DNA of 32,000 nt from Enterobacterales bacterium endosymbiont of Anomoneura mori (GTDB lineage Bacteria; Pseudomonadota; Gammaproteobacteria; Enterobacterales; Enterobacteriaceae_A): positions 161,632 to 193,631 of the forward strand of contig NZ_AP031381.1 in the NCBI RefSeq assembly GCF_047159375.1. The letters run 5' to 3'. The notes under the pieces were generated by a model that was not told where the DNA came from, ran no database searches, and saw only the letters and a program-made list of their open reading frames with translations. A program made the position numbers and the translations under genes. This document shows positions 30,463 to 32,000 of the stretch, piece after piece. Numbering within the stretch: position 1 is the stretch's first letter; each line of letters begins with the position of its first letter.

Positions 30463-31647
30463 ATGTTAATTGAAATAAAATTACCAAATATTAGTAATGA
30501 TGAATTTGAAGTTACAAATATTTTAGTTAAAATTGGAGAAAATATTAAAAAAAAACAATCTCTTCTTACTATTGAAGGAGATAAAACTTCTTTAGAGATT
30601 CCATCTGATTTTTCAGGTATAGTTAAAGAAATAAAAATTAATATAGGTGATAAAGTTAAAACTGATTCTTTACTTTTTATTATTGATAATGAAAAAAATG
30701 AAAAAATAAATAATATATTCAAAAAAAAAATTGTTCAAGAAAATAATATTATTAATGAAATATATGCAAGTCCGTTAATTAAAAGTTTATCACGCGAATT
30801 TAATATTGATTTAAATAAAATAAAAGGAACTGGTTTAAAAGGAAGAATTACTAAAGAAGATATTCAATTATATATTAATAAAAAAAAAAATAATAAAATA
30901 TATGAAGATAAAAAAAATGATAAAAATAATATTTTTATAATTAATAAAAATATTGAAAATATAAAATTAAGTAATATACAAAAAATATCAGGTAAAAAAT
31001 TATTAAAAAATTGGATGACAATTCCACATGTTACAATTTTTGATAAAATTGATATTACTAATTTAGAAAAATTTAGAAATAAAAAAAATGAAGAATTTTT
31101 AAAAAAAAAAAAAAAAGTAAAAATTACACCTTTAGTATTTATTATAAAAGCAGTTGCAATTGTTTTAAATAAAATGCCAAAATTTAATAGTATATTATCT
31201 AAAAATAATGAATATTTAAAAATAAATAAATATATTAATATTGGAATTGCTGTTGAAACAAATAAAGGTTTAATAGTTCCAGTTATCAAAAATATTAAAA
31301 ATAAAAATATTATTAAAATTTCAGAAGAATTAATTGATATTTCTAATAAAGCTAGAAAAGGAATTTTAAATAATAATGAAATTAGTGATAGTTGTTTTAC
31401 AATTTCTAGTTTAGGACATATTGGAACAAAATATTTTACACCAATTATTAACGCACCAGAAGTTTCAATATTAGGTATTTCAAGATCTTCTGTAGAACCA
31501 ATTTGGAATAATAAAGAATTTAAACCAAAAATAATGTTACCAATTTCACTTTCTTTTGATCATAGAGCTATTGATGGAGCTGATGGTGCACGTTTTATAA
31601 AAAAAATAAGTTATTTATTATCAGATATTCGTAATATTATTATGTAA
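30463..31647 (+). CDS. aceF: Dihydrolipoamide acetyltransferase (PDH E2), single lipoyl domain
   Basis: There is one lipoyl domain (IEGDKTSLEIPS). It is followed by a peripheral-subunit-binding domain (ASPLIKSLSREFNIDLNKIKGTGLKGRITKEDI) and a catalytic domain with SFDHRAIDGA. The start lies 11 nt after the aceE stop, with an AAGGA RBS. It is 394 aa, against 630 aa in E. coli. Confidence 0.93.
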   Translation: MLIEIKLPNISNDEFEVTNILVKIGENIKKKQSLLTIEGDKTSLEIPSDFSGIVKEIKINIGDKVKTDSLLFIIDNEKNEKINNIFKKKIVQENNIINEIYASPLIKSLSREFNIDLNKIKGTGLKGRITKEDIQLYINKKKNNKIYEDKKNDKNNIFIINKNIENIKLSNIQKISGKKLLKNWMTIPHVTIFDKIDITNLEKFRNKKNEEFLKKKKKVKITPLVFIIKAVAIVLNKMPKFNSILSKNNEYLKINKYINIGIAVETNKGLIVPVIKNIKNKNIIKISEELIDISNKARKGILNNNEISDSCFTISSLGHIGTKYFTPIINAPEVSILGISRSSVEPIWNNKEFKPKIMLPISLSFDHRAIDGADGARFIKKISYLLSDIRNIIM

Positions 31648-31727
31648 GATAAAACTTAAATAATTATTAATTTTAAAAATAATATAAATATTTATTTAAA
31701 TATTATTAAAATAATTTTTTATATTAA

Positions 31728-32000
<273 letters not shown>

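Noticed and set aside
28399-31289. Antisense ORFs within aceE/aceF (28399-28689, 96 aa; 30423-30722, 99 aa; 30864-31289, 141 aa). They are surprisingly long for DNA this AT-rich.
   Set aside because: For 30864-31289, the antisense codons span sense positions 3-1-2. A stop there needs a sense Tyr, His or Gln codon preceded by a T/C-ending codon. In this stretch those codons are all preceded by A-ending codons (ATA TAT, GAA TAT, AAA TAT, ATA CAA, CCA CAT). The open frame is therefore a by-product of codon bias and not evidence of a gene.

Overview
This window is an extremely A+T-rich, gene-dense segment of a highly reduced gammaproteobacterial (Enterobacterales-like) obligate endosymbiont genome, in the style of Buchnera or Wigglesworthia. 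G+C looks well under 25% by eye, but I did not count it, and I cannot name the species from sequence alone. The genetic code is standard: TGG encodes Trp, the stop codons I checked are TAA, and no gene needs in-frame TGA read-through. I call 26 intact housekeeping CDS plus a 5' fragment of leuS that the ORF track misses because it runs off the window. In order these are der, fldA, ribA, mnmA, fpr, serS, an Fsr-type MFS transporter, rlmB, clpP-clpX, pykA, rpsA, ruvX, rho, trxA, gapA, aspS, clsA, rpsI, rplM, alaS, bioA, bioB-bioD, aceE-aceF and leuS'. There are six tRNA genes at three loci: Met-Leu(UAG)-Gln, Cys-Leu(UAA) and Phe. Every long ORF is colinear with a well-known E. coli protein. I found no orphan ORFs, mobile elements, CRISPR arrays, toxin or defence genes, or pseudogenes, so I see no evidence of a novel multi-gene system here. 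Local E. coli operon fragments survive (trxA-rho, clpPX, rplM-rpsI, aceEF, bioA/bioB divergent, metT-leuW-glnU, cysT-leuZ), but the order of these blocks is scrambled. The observations worth a second look are signatures of genome reduction:
- A perfect 62-bp tandem duplication sits between fldA and ribA.
- The biotin operon has lost bioF and bioC.
- Very long in-frame homopolymers occur inside essential genes, up to 19 nt in rplM.
- The tRNA genes lack an encoded CCA, two of them are separated by only 2 and 4 nt, and two carry uncompensated stem mismatches.
- Rho has a shortened N-terminus.
- AceF has a single lipoyl domain and is followed by leuS rather than lpdA.
- A strongly conserved Fsr-type transporter has been retained.
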